Positions 1 to 12,330 of a DNA stretch of 64,000 bases are shown one piece after another (position 1 is the first letter of the stretch; each line of letters starts with the position of its first letter). The notes under the pieces were generated by a model, which was not told the origin of the DNA, did not search any database, and was given only the letters and a program-made list of their open reading frames with translations. A program made the translations under genes and the position numbers. Origin of the DNA: Octopus sinensis (Eukaryota); assembly GCF_006345805.1 (NCBI RefSeq), contig NC_043003.1, positions 82,584,001 through 82,648,000 of the forward strand, written 5' to 3'.

Positions 1-86
1 ACAAGGCGTTGCATGGTCCAGGAATCGAAACCACAATTTTGCGATCAAGAATAAAACACCCTAACTTATAAGCTACGCGCCTCCAC
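1..86 (-). mobile_element. tRNA-derived SINE head, truncated by window edge
   Basis: ggaatcgaaacc is the reverse complement of a B-box-like ggtttcgattcc; an A-box-like segment lies near 60-84. Confidence 0.5.
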
Positions 87-523
87 GTAAAGTTTAAACC
101 TATATATGTTTACGTGTGCGTGAGTGTGTGTGTATGGATGCGTGTCTATGTAAGTAAGTATGCATGTGAATGTGCGTATTTTCGTGTGTGTTTGTACACG
201 TCCATATATTGCCAATGCGCTCTGTGTTATTTAGAAAATAACAACTTGTTTCTAGATTGCGGTTATAAAAGGGCAAAGTTGATTTCTGCTTGAGGCTTGT
301 TAATGTATGAATCCCTTGAAATATTTTCATGCGCTATAGCTCCCACCTCTAAGTCATAGGTCGAAACATGTTATGCTCACAGTACGCCGCTTTATCTAAA
401 ATAAATGAACACGTGCACGTAAACTGGATATTTTTATCAGTATTTTAGTATTCCTCGATTTCATTTTGCACCCAATTTAGCGTAAGCCCAGCGGTAAATA
501 CTGTCATTATCATTTAACTAGAT

Positions 524-678
524 TTGGCAGTGCGGTAAGAAGCTTGCTTCCCAGCCACATGGTTCAGGCTTTAGTCCCACTGCGTGACACCTTGATTAGT
601 GTCTACTATTTTAGTCTTGGCCCAGCCAAAGCCTTGTGACTTGATCTGGTAGACGGAAACTGAAAGAAGCTCATTGTG

Positions 679-723
<45 letters not shown>

Positions 724-810
724 GTATGTGCGTATATGTATATTTATATATATATATAAGTATACTTATATATATTAATGTGTATGTATATATATATATG
801 TATATATAAC

Positions 811-856
<46 letters not shown>

Positions 857-889
857 TTATATATATATATATATTTATATAAAAATATA

Positions 890-929
<40 letters not shown>

Positions 930-998
930 GTAAATACACATATACATATATATAAATATATATATATGTATGTGTGTATATGTATATTTATATACATG

Positions 999-1062
<64 letters not shown>

Positions 1063-1309
1063 CGTGCGCGTGCGTATGTGTGTGTGTCTGTACGTGCGAC
1101 TTTATGTTTGTGCTTGTCCCACCATCATCGCTTGACAACCGGTACTGGTGTCTTTACGTCCCTATAAATTAGCGGTTCGGGGAAAAAGGATCGATAGAGT
1201 AAGTATCAGTTTTTTAAATAAATAATTTCAGGGGTCGGTCCATTTGACAACAATTTCAAGGCAGTGCCCCAACATGACCGCTGTCAAGTGAATGAAACAT
1301 ATAAAAGAT
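524..1309 (+). mobile_element. tRNA-derived SINE (family A) with internal microsatellite expanded to ~420 bp
   Basis: Head ggtaagaagcttgcttcccagccacatggttc...gacggaaactgaaagaagc (524-680) and tail ...ccaacatgaccgctgtcaagtgaatgaaacatataaaaga (~1105-1309) match the copies at 20178-20530 and 55970-56460. Confidence 0.8.
680..1100. repeat. compound (CA)n/(TA)n/(TG)n microsatellite
   Basis: Directly visible; explains the IY/HT-repeat ORFs. Confidence 0.95.
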
Positions 1310-1440
1310 GAGCAATATGTGTGCGTGTGATGTGTGTGTGTATGTATGGATGGATAGATGGATGTACGAACGTATGTATATATGTGTGTATGTGTGTGTG
1401 TGCGTGTGAGCGTGTGCACGTATGTAGTAACACACAGAAA

Positions 1441-1700
1441 CATGAGCGCAGGCTTTCGGTTAGTAGCAGTAAGCCTTCAGTTTCAGTTCCACTGTGAGGT
1501 TCGTTCGGCTATCTACTACGGCCCCGGCCGCCCAATGATTCAAGAGTGAATTTGGAAGACAAAAACTGATCAAAAGTTTGGTGTGTGTGTGTGTGTGTAT
1601 GTGTGTGTATGTGTGTGCATGTGTGTGTCTGTGTGTGTATGTGTGTGTGTGTGTTTTTGCCTGTGTGTGTGTGTGTGTGTGTTTGAGTGCTTTGCTCTCA
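1441..1700 (+). mobile_element. degenerate family A SINE head followed by (TG)n
   Basis: gagtgaatttggaagacaaaaactga resembles family A gagtggatttggtagacggaaactga. Confidence 0.45.
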
Positions 1701-2199
1701 CTGCATGGCAACCGTGTAGACTTGATTATGTCTTTGTAAAATCAAAAGTATAAAAAATATCATGGAATAAGTGCAAACCTATAAATTGTTACTGAGTTGT
1801 GTTTTAATAGACTAAGTCGGCAGTGCCTTAGGTCTGGCACAGCCTTATGGATATAGAAAGAAACATTAAAAAAGTAAAATGATTAAATATTAAACAATGG
1901 CTGTTAGTCATAATCGAGACTACATGTGGCACGTACAACACTTTCCTTTATATGTTTTATATCCACATTTTTCGCGCCTTTGCACTGTTGACGTAACAAG
2001 ATATCTAAGAATGAATAGCTGAAGGGAGTGTGTTGTACATCAATACTAGCTAAAACTCTTTTCAAGTCAGTAGACTGGGAGAATGTGAAATGAAATTGTC
2101 TTGATCAGTATGACCGCTGCCTGACCAGAGAATCGAATCACAACAAAGTGATCATCATACCCTATGTGTGTATGTATTCGAATCATTCTTGATATATTC

Positions 2200-2397
2200 C
2201 TTCCAAATTTCGGCACAAAGGTTGGTGGGTAAATCGATTACATCGACGCCAGTGCTAAAATGGTTCTTATGTTACCCACTCCGAAGTTATGATGAGCAAA
2301 TTCAGCCTCATCGGAATTTTTAACCCAGGAAACAAAGACGAACGAAATGCCGCGAAGCATTTTACCGTGCAGTAGCGTTTCTGCCAGTTAGCCGCCG
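2200..2397 (-). mobile_element. degenerate SINE (family B)
   Basis: atcgattacatcgacgccagtg and tttctgccagttagccgcc match the family B copy at 4100-4335. Confidence 0.65.
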
Positions 2398-2599
2398 TAG
2401 ATCTTTCTTGATATATTCCGAAGCAAATTGTAAAATCGTAGTTAAAATAACACACAATTCATTAATCTCAAGTTAACAGATCAGCTATCTATAAAAGTGT
2501 GTGTATTTGAAACCAAAAAAAAAAAAATACAAACTTGTTTCAATTTATCACAGAGCAGACTTTGGGTTGCATTCAGGAATGAAATGAATTGAAAGGGGG

Positions 2600-3250
2600 T
2601 GAATCCATATAATTATAAGCAGTATATTCCCAGTTGGTTTTTTACATGTTGATTTAAATGCCCCTGCACCGAAATGTCACACCTGAAATCACAAAACTAT
2701 GAAGGTAAATATTCAAGAGAATTAATCAAATATTTGCGTATTACAATTAGACAGTCTATTTTCTCTCAAATAGGTGCATAAACCAGCTGACCAGAGAATA
2801 AATGAAATATACAAAGGCATATTTGTTTTTACTAGTCTGCTATCAAACTTTAGTAGTTGGAAATGATTGATACACCCAATAATCACCTTTAAATGTTAGA
2901 TATAAGATCAAACTGATATGAAATATAAAATTATATATCTAAACAAAGAAAGTGGTAAGTACAAAACCATTTGTTGCAAGCATCGGAGGAAAGTGTTTAG
3001 CAGACTCTTCAACACAAGAAAATATACGGCAAGAACTAAAATATATAATAATGATAAATTATCAATCATCTATATTTGTAAATGAGAAATTTCAAAGTCG
3101 TATTGATATTTTAACATCCTGTCTCAGGACGGAATCCAAGCAGATATCAAACGAAATCATTGTAGAATCAATAAAACAGAACGTTTGAGGAAACAGTAGT
3201 CTTCAAACAGTAGAAGAGATAAAAATAAAATAAAAAATCATATCTTTAGC
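2600..3250 (+). mobile_element. possible highly degenerate LINE RT C-terminal relic
   Basis: KYLRITI resembles RT KYLG.TI; the downstream RRKVFSRLF is weakly RTE-like; many stops. Confidence 0.25.
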
Positions 3251-3819
3251 ATCTTCATCTCTAAAAATATTGTTCACTCTTTTTGAAATTGCATGCATTT
3301 AAGAAATAATCCCCTAGACAAAGTAATTTAGAGACAAACAACAAAACGTGATATTCCAATATCAAATAAATATGTAGAAGCAAAATACTCACACACACAC
3401 GATGAATCGTGTCATCTACACAAGGGAAATAAATATTTAATATCAATAAAAAATATATTTCCCTTCTATGTGTCTGCTTTCTTTACATGTGGGAGAAGCG
3501 CAAATTTATATTTTTTTCAAGTGAAATTATGTAGATTAATCAATGAATACACACTGCATAATATCAATGGCCACATTATTATTCTGCTCAAAATACAACT
3601 AAAATATATTTTGCAAGCAAAAGCAAAAAAGCAAGCAAAAGTTTAAAAGTAAAAAACTATCCTGAGGCACCTTCAGAGAAGTAAGGAAAATTAACACCAT
3701 ATATCGATCACATAAGCCATCGATATTTACGGAATCGTAAAACCCCGACTTAAAAGCATACATAAATATAACTTTGCCCAAACATTATGGGCTGGCATGG
3801 CTATTGGAACCACAGCAGC

Positions 3820-3847
3820 TATACACATATACACACATATGTGTACA

Positions 3848-3905
<58 letters not shown>

Positions 3906-4005
3906 GTACATACATTCATTCATACATATATGCATATATATATATGTACATATATACATATACGTATATATCCATATGCATACATATATATATGTACACA
4001 CACAC

Positions 4006-4100
<95 letters not shown>
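3820..4100. repeat. (TA)n/(CATA)n microsatellite
   Basis: Directly visible. Confidence 0.95.
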
Positions 4101-4104
<4 letters not shown>

Positions 4105-4335
4105 TTCTTTACTACCCACAAGGGGCTAAACACAGAGGGGACAAACAAGGACAGACAAAGGGATTAAGTCGACTACATCGACCCCAGTGCGTAACTGGTA
4201 CTTAATTTATCGACCCCGAATGGATGAAAGGTAAAGTCGACCTCGGCGGAATTTGAACTCGGAACGTAACGACAGACGAAATACGGCTACGAATTTCGCC
4301 CGGCGTGCTAACGTTTCTACCAGCTCGCCGCCTTA
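4100..4335 (-). mobile_element. SINE (family B), near full length
   Basis: Reverse complement reads aaggcggcgagctggtagaaacgttagc...gagttcaaattccgccgaggtcgactttacctttcatcc; homologous to 17793-18008 and 40455-40660. Confidence 0.85.
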
Positions 4336-4484
4336 ATATATATATATATATATATATACACAAGCATATATATATATATATGTATGTATATATATAGTTG
4401 TATATTTGAGAGATGAGGAATTATGTACATTATTTATACTATTTGCATTTGACGGATATTTGTCCTCATCTTTTTTGTTGTTAA

Positions 4485-4528
4485 CACAATGTTTCAGCTG
4501 ATATACTCTCCAGCCTTCATCAAGTATC
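4485..4528 (-). ncRNA. minimal type I hammerhead ribozyme motif (C3>U variant)
   Basis: Reverse complement gatac-TTGATGA-a-ggctg-gagagtatat-cagct-GAAA-ca-tt-gtgtt: core, 5-bp stem II and stem I spacing all fit. Confidence 0.6.
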
Positions 4529-5346
4529 CTGGGGAAATTTCGAACCTATGTTCTCATTTCGAAGGTATTTTCCCGATGTTAAGTGAGTCTAGATGTGATA
4601 AGTCTGTTCACCAAAGCTCCGACTGATGAAGCACTATCGGTGATTCAAGAAAAACTGGTGACAGACACCGATCTAAAAGAATGCACTAATACGCCAATAG
4701 GAAACTTGATGGAAGTGCTAACATTCTGTATAGATACTACCTACTTCAGAATGGACACTGTTATATATCGACAGGCTATATGGGTTCGCCATTATCATCG
4801 GTAATAGCTAATATATACATGGAATATTTTGACAATTTGGCTTTAGGATCAACGCCACTAAAACCAACCGCATGGCTGCGATATTTTGACGACACCTTTA
4901 TACTCTGGCCCCATCAATAATATATCCAAGTACTGTTAGACCATGCGAACTCAATAAAGCCATCCATACAGTTCAAAATGGGAAAGGGAAAATGCAATCA
5001 ACTAGCATTCCTGGACGTATTAATAATACGCACCAAGTATGGATCCATGACATCCATATACCGCAAGCCGACCTTCACTGGACGATACCTCAACTTCAAT
5101 TACTACCATCCATGCAGTGTACTAAATCGGAGACCACCCCCGTGGGATGAAGTTAAAATAATAGACAGAGAACACCATAGGAAAATAAGAAAACTAAAAG
5201 AAGCAGCACATATGCTAAGACATAATAACCTCTTAAGCAAACCTAGTGCATATATGAGTAGCATATGGGAACCGGTATTAAGGAAGGATAGAAAAATATT
5301 AGATTTACATGTCCTAAAATTTACTCTATAAATGTCCCCGGACATA

Positions 5347-5412
5347 TGACGTACTGGTTAAGAGCACGGGCTACTAACACCAATATTCCGAGTTCGATTA
5401 CAGACAATGACC
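5347..5412 (+). other. tRNA-like Pol III head (A and B boxes) inside the PLE 3' repeat
   Basis: tactggttaagagcacgggctactaacaccaatattccgagttcgatt; homologous heads at 19340-19400 and 43594-43675. Confidence 0.7.
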
Positions 5413-5669
5413 AGAATAATAACAATAATAATAATAATAATGATGATGATGATGAGGATGATGATAACATCGGAAGAATACCTTAGAAATGAGAACCCAG
5501 GTTCGAAATTTCCCCCAGAAACGTTGTGGTAACAGCAAAGAAGGACAGATATCCGTCAAATGTAAATATATACATATACATGTATGTGTGTGTCATACAT
5601 ATATATGTATATATATAAGTCATGTATGTATGAGTAGCAAGTAAATCCACGCTAAAGATGCTGAATGTG

Positions 5670-5720
<51 letters not shown>

Positions 5721-8499
5721 TATATATATATACATAATATTACAATTAATAAGGGGAATGACCACTGAAGTAGATTCCTATATGATAGAGATAGACGTCA
5801 AATCGCCCTACCACAAAGAGAGTGTTCTCAAGAAAAAAAAACACCACCAAACGCCATAATGTAAAAGATAAGCTAGGTAAATGGAAAATTTACAAAATTA
5901 AAGGATTACCTACGTATCATGGTTTAATTTTTAATACTTGCAAAATGCAAAATGCAAGTATCTGTAAAGCCTCAGCGAGAACACTCTCTTTGTGGTAAGG
6001 CGATTTGATGTAAGGCGATCTCTAACGTATAGGAATCAATTTTAGTAGTCATTCATCCTATTAATTGTAATTTAAATTTTTAAGTCTTCAGATTATTTTT
6101 TTAATATGCTAAACCACTGGTTTAAATTGATGTCGATTGATATCAATTTCTACCCTCATTATTTCATTTATATATATATATATATATATATAGTGTTACT
6201 GTATGTTACTGACCATAATTGTGACGTGTTACTCTCAATAGGTAAATCTGCTTGTTTTAAGTTATGGCTCCAAATCATTGTTGTAGTTCCTTTTCAAGTA
6301 AGTAGTGATTTAACTGAATTATGACCGAAGTATCTCAACCCTTGATCAGCACGTCTCTTTATGCCACTAGGACGAGCATTTACAAATGCATCTGCTTTTG
6401 TTTACTCAGTGGATATTGGACTTAAGATGTATCTAACAACTATATAGCTATGGGACCATATTGCATGAATATTTATCGCTCTGAATGCAATGAGAAATAG
6501 AAAGATGGAGAGAGAGATCAAGAAGGAAAGTTAAACTCTAAATTTCACTTCCAAATATTCTTGGCACGAGAGAAAAAAATGCCATGTCCTCCGCGATTTG
6601 AAACACTAAAATATAAAAGTAAAAATTTTAAAAAATCTAGCGTAAACTTTTTTACAGTATACCCATGAAATATTTAATAAGATAATTCTGACAACGACTC
6701 CTGGATATTCTGCGAACTTAATGCCCTTAAATTATCCAATTACAAGAAATGTGCTGGTCTCACAATGAACAGATTTGAATTACGATTCAAATAGTTATAT
6801 GCTGTCAGCAGCACCACTCGTAATATTACTGAGGTAATGTTGCATTGTAGAATGAACGAAGAAATTTTTAAATCCCATAGCAGATTTTGAAATATACAAT
6901 ACTATATAATCACGTCTATAATTTCGACAGGCTTCGGATATTGGAGAAACGGCCTCACTCTTCTCCAACAGCAATATTTTTCACATTTCAGCAAGCATAG
7001 TCACACATATTCGGTTATGAGATATCTAATACTACAAAGCTGCCAAAACGTCAAATATTACAAAAGAGTTTCTTTTATATCGGAATTTACTTCGTCTTTG
7101 GTCATAAGTTATTCAGGATTTTAAATAATGTTCGCATTAAGTTTTCAACAATCAGAACTGCCGTAGAATTATCCTTTTATGACTATTTTCAATCCATGCC
7201 ATTTTCTTTCTAGTCATAAGCCTATTTTTTCATCTTCAGCCTCAGTATTATTATTGTTGATGCTTTCCTCTTCCTTTCTGTTTCTCTTTACCATATTTTA
7301 TTAATGCTTCATCTTTCAACACAGCTATTTGTTCTTTTTCAACTTCTAACTCCTTTTTTTCTTTGTTTTCTTTTATCTTTGGTTTCATTTTAATAATGTA
7401 GTATAACAAGGATATGAACTCTTAAAATTTTGGCAGCTAGCAAAGGAAATTCTGCATTCTTCAGAAAGACAACACACACACATGCTCACACACACACGTC
7501 TATATAAAAATGCATACACATGCAAAAACATATATATACATGTGTGTGACTGTGTGCATGTATGTATTCATGGGTTTGAGTGAGTGTGCGTGTGTGTTTG
7601 CATATGTATGTGTGCGTGTATTTGTGTGTGTGTTTGTGTGTGTCTGTTTGTGTATGCGTGCGTGTGTGTTGCTTGCCTCTTTAAAGGTTCAGCAAAAAGT
7701 GATCAATTCAGCGAAAGATAAATAGCATTTAATGAATACACTAGTTATACGCGAGTTGCTTCAAGTTTCATGCTTGGTTTGTGTGATAACACTGATATGG
7801 CGTTACGTGCACCATCCCAAAATCGTTTAGGGTCAGATAACGTAAATTACTCTGTAAGGAAATATGAGAAATAAAGAGGAAAAAGAAAATATAAAACGCC
7901 ATGGTAATGTTCCTTTAACCTCTTAAAAGATTATTGTTGGTTATATAGTTGTGTGTGAGTGTGTGTGTATTTGTGTGTGTGTGTCTGTGTGCGTGCGTGT
8001 ATGCGTGCGCGTATGTGTCCGTGTGTGCGTGTATGTATGTTCGTTTGCGTATACACACATATATACATTTACAAGTAGTTGTATATCTATTCAAAATTTA
8101 TCTTCGCAGCATAGTGTCTTGCGCCATGCAATACAGCATGTATCTGTTCCCGGGATTGAAATTTTCTGTTGTGCTCACTTGTAGATATTATATATTACAT
8201 ATTACTACTAAACAAATACACGAAGGGTGGTTCCTGTCCCTATAAATAGGGAGTAGGTACAAGAATTAAACCAAAACTGGCTATATTAAATAAAAACTAA
8301 ATAGATAATTATTATCTACTTTATAAAGAGAAAATGTGTAAGAATTAAATTTTCAAACAGAAGGGGGAAAATACCAGCGAGTGTCGCACATTACACATAC
8401 ATACACATGCACAGACACACACACCAGAGTACACATAGAGACGTGCACACATACATGTCTTTTATGCACATATGCATATATGCGTGCGTGAGAATTTTT

Positions 8500-8790
8500 C
8501 ACTAGGTGCTGTTGCTGCTTGTTTGTTTGTTGAGTGAAGCGGTCTTCGTCCTGTCTGTAGTGGGAGAAGTCCGAAACGTGGTCCTTTGCTATTCGTAAGA
8601 CCCGCAGAAAAGAAAGCAGGTCAACCCCCGACATCGAGAGCATCGATGGATAGATGAATGCGCATCCAGGCTCAGCGGTTGCGTAGGAAGTCGGGACAAG
8701 AAACAGGAAGAAAGAGTGAGAGACAGTTGGAGCGAAAGAGTACAAGCTCGTGGAGCTTTAGGTGTTTTCGCTCATGCTATTGCTGCTGCC
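8500..8790 (-). mobile_element. probable SINE body lacking its head
   Basis: GC-richer block; gacaagaaacaggaagaaagagtgagag and gtggagctttaggtgttttcgctca recalled as an octopus SINE body; not verified. Confidence 0.4.
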
Positions 8791-8850
8791 ACCTACCGTT
8801 GTTTCTTGAGTTAATGAGAGGAGACCCCTCATTATGATCATTATTATTAT

Positions 8851-9545
8851 TATTGTCTTTGCACAGCTTCTAACGCTGGAAATATATTACAGTGTCAGCT
8901 GTTCACTACCAGTGAAATAAGGTAGCGCCTCTTATTTTTCGAGCACATTCCGGAATATTCGAGCGGTTCCAAGCAGTGCTGTTTTCTGTAACTGCTCCAC
9001 CCTTATTGAAGCCCCTATTTGTTCCATGTACTGCTCGAGATTTTGGCTTACAATTCCCAGGGACCCGACAATTATTGGCACTACTGCTACCTTTTTCATC
9101 GATCACAACAGTTTAAATTCCCAAGCTAACCTGTCATATCTATGAATTTTTCTTTCTTCCTAATCACATAGCTTGCTGTCAGCTGGGCATTCTATATCTA
9201 TGACCCAGTATAGTTTGTTGTCTTTCTCAATTAAGACTATGTCCGGCTTCCTACTCTCTATCTCATGGTCGCACAGAATCATAAAATCCCATATGATCTC
9301 CGCATCTCTATTTTCGACGATGCCTTCAGGTTTGTGGCCGTACCAATATTTTGCCCTCTCAAGTCCATACTTTTTGCAGAGTGTCCAATGGACAAGCGTG
9401 GCAATATTGTCCTGGAGTCTCTTATATTCCTTCTGAGCCAGTGGCGTACATTGGCTGGTAATATGCCATACGGTTTCACCGTTTTGTCCACAGATTCTAC
9501 ACCTATCACATCCTGCTGTGCTGTATATTCTGTATTTTATGTACT
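8851..9545 (-). mobile_element. 5'-truncated R4/Dong-like RLE LINE (copy 2)
   Basis: CRICGQNGETVWHITSQC zinc knuckle, RKPDIV..VIDIECP RLE, VVPIIVGSLG and LQKTALLGTARIFR; in-frame stops; (TAA)n on both sides. Confidence 0.9.
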
Positions 9546-9575
9546 TTATTATTATTATCATTATTATTATTATTA

Positions 9576-9669
<94 letters not shown>

Positions 9670-9671
9670 CA
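9546..9671. repeat. (TAA)n microsatellite between two R4/Dong copies
   Basis: About 40 ATT units visible. Confidence 0.95.
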
Positions 9672-10848
9672 TTATTCAGTAGTTTTATTTTTATAGCGTG
9701 CTTTCACTTCACTACCGAGCGCAGCTCTGTGTGCCTTGGGTATGTGCTGTGATTTGTTGTGATGCCCTGATGGTTATTGTATGGAAAGTGTTCTGCGTAG
9801 GATGTGTGCAGTGCCTAGTAGTGCAATTTTCTGTATGTTATATGTGTTTGTAAGTCCTGGTGTTTTCGTTATGTATTTGTCTGAATATTTTTTTATCATG
9901 CCTAATGCACCTACTATGATAGGAATTGTTTCTGTTTTCAGATTCCACATTCTAGTTACCTCTATTTCCAGGTCTTTGTATTTTGAGAGTTTCTCCATTT
10001 CTTTTAGAGACACGTTGTCATCTGCCGGTATTGATACATCAATTACAAAGCATTTTTTTCTTCATGATCTCTGACAACTATATCTGGTCTGTTGGCCTTA
10101 ATTTCTCTATCTGTGTGTATCGGCATATCCCAGAGTATGGTTGCTTTCTCATTTTCTGTGACCTTTTCTGGTGTGTGCCTATACCATCTTTTTTCTGTTG
10201 TTATTCCATAATGTTGGCATAGCTGCCAATGTATGTAGGTTCCAACTCTGTCATGTCTGTGAATATATTCCTTCTTAGCCAGGACTGGGCAGCTAGAGAT
10301 AATATGATTTATTGTTTCTTGTCCACCTCCACATATTCTGCAGTTACTTGTAATATTTCTTTTCATTACATGTTTTTGATAATTTCTGGTGGGGAGGTGT
10401 TGGTCTTGTGCTGCAATTAAAAATCCCTCTGTTTCTGCTTTGAGTCCTGAGCTTCTCAACCATTGCTGGGATTTTTCTTTGTCTATTTCTTTTGCGTTTA
10501 GTTTAGTCCAGTATTTACCATGAAGTGGCTTTTCTTGCCATCGTTTTATCATGGTTCGTTGCTGTTCTATTTTTAGTTTGGATTCCATTTGTTTTATAGC
10601 TTTTGTTGTTTCTTCATCTTCTTCTTCTTCTTCTTCATGTTTATTAGGTGGTATGATTTCTTGTTTGTATTTGTCAGCTTCCTTAAGTACTGAGAACAGT
10701 TTTTTGTTTTGCTCGTATTTTGCCGCTATCTGGATCAGTCTTCCTTCCTTCTGAAGTAGATATTTTTGCAGTCCTATGGTGGTTATTTTATAGTAGTTTT
10801 CCAGCTGTATAAGGCCTCTACCACCTTCTATACGTTGTATATTATTGT
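9672..10848 (-). mobile_element. 5'-truncated R4/Dong-like RLE LINE (copy 1), nearly intact 3' ORF
   Basis: EGGRGLIQ, KPLHGKYW, LKAETEGFLIAAQDQ, CRICGGGQETINHIISSC, HDRVG, NRPDIV, EKLSKYKDL, IQKIALLGTAHILR; one frameshift at the A-run near 10055; flanked by (TAA)n. Confidence 0.93.
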
Positions 10849-10863
10849 ATATTATTATTATTA

Positions 10864-10936
<73 letters not shown>

Positions 10937-10957
10937 CATTATTATTATTATTATTAT
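10849..10957. repeat. (TAA)n microsatellite
   Basis: Directly visible. Confidence 0.95.
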
Positions 10958-11949
10958 GAGAGCTGTTTTCCTTATCATTATGTATGTCTATATATATATG
11001 CATGTATATAAAAATAAATGTATATGCATATATATATAATGCATTTTGCAGGAGAATAAAGCGTAACAAGACTTCAGGAATACCGATGGCATCCATTAAG
11101 TCAGTGGTGGGGAAATATATGTGCTGTGAATGATTTGATAATACTGGGAAACAGGGAAGTGCACAGCAACGTAGAAATAAATACACTAATACATAAACTT
11201 ATATGTATATGATTGTGTGTGAGTATCTATCTGTCTGAGATTGTGTGTGTATGAGTGTGTATGTGCGTGTGTGAGTGTTGACCATAAACTGGAACACGGA
11301 GGAGATAACATCCTACAGCATGGATGGTATCCACTGGGTATCTGCTTTATATTCACAGAGAAGCTTTGTAATTTGCCAACCACCTAGGGATTTTGCGTTG
11401 CAGTAATGTTGCAATAATATTGGACTATCCATTCAGAAATATAAAGCAAAGCTACTGATGGCAAACAGAGCTATTGAAGAACTAGGGAAAATAGTGAACA
11501 CAAACGTAGTAAAACCGGTGCAGAGCATTAATGGTGTGAAACTTTTCATTTGCATAAGCTGTGACATCTATTATTTATGTAACCCTGTCTGAAATTAGGT
11601 GCAAACAAACACATACACACACTCAAATATACCATCTACAGATACATGAATGTGCAATCCTATGCACATTCACATTATCTAAGCATGAGTTGATAACGGA
11701 TTCTTTGATACGAAAACATAATAATTAAAGTGACCTATATATCGTGCTTTGCGTCCTCAAGAAATCTTGCAGGCTCAAATCAACAAGGCTGGTCTTATCT
11801 GGAAACCAGGACGCTGACCTAGTAGAAAACGATTGAAATAAACGATAAGATGGATACAAGAGGTGGAATGTGAGAAGGTTTAACGATAAAAGAACACGTA
11901 AATACAAAAGGAAATATAGACAAAAACAAAGAAAACTGAATGTTGCATC

Positions 11950-12330
11950 TCTTTTTACAGTCGAAATCATAATAACTAACCAAACTTGTGTAGAATAATT
12001 CAACGGCTACAACCTTCGTTAGCTAGTACCAGATTCCTTCAGTGTCTCTATATAGGCTCAGTCTCTTGCAAACTATCCATGTTTCTTTTTCCATTCTACT
12101 CAATATCTGTCCTAGCTATACCAGATATTCTCAAGTGTACCAGTAAGGATTCTACGGTATTCTTGATATATCAACCCAAGCTATTTTCCTTTGAGCGTAA
12201 ACCACAGTAGATTAGCCCTCACCTATCATCATACTTGACTAAATTCAGCACGTCATTATCCCCGCACATAGTGAAAACTTGTTCGGAATTTGGTGTAGCC
12301 TCTCTAACTCGCCTTTCTTCCTTCCAACTA
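11950..12330 (-). mobile_element. old R4/Dong-like LINE, post-RT part (continues 14499-16100)
   Basis: GLIYCGLRSKENSLG*YIKNTVESLL resembles R4/Dong GRGL..E...EENSLGWYIK; joins the right-hand part as G-I-V-S-W-K across the Tc1 insertion. Confidence 0.6.

Larger units (their letters stand above)
4405..5575 (+). mobile_element. Penelope-like element relic (internally deleted RT + GIY-YIG C-terminus) with inverted pLTR-like ends
   Basis: Translations SLDVISLFTK, SPVIANIYMEYF, WLRYFDDTF, LAFLDVLI, IYRKPTFTGRYLNF..HP and IIDREHHRKIRKLKEAAHM are PLE RT/EN motifs; 4405-4581 is an inverted copy of sequence at 5466-5568. Confidence 0.88.

Noticed and set aside
5347-5412. Functional tRNA gene
   Set aside because: No complete cloverleaf or acceptor stem; it occurs as part of a dispersed repeat.
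8560-8605. Possible hammerhead ctgtagtgggagaagtccgaaacgtggtc
   Set aside because: The core deviates from CUGANGA and no stem I pairing was found.
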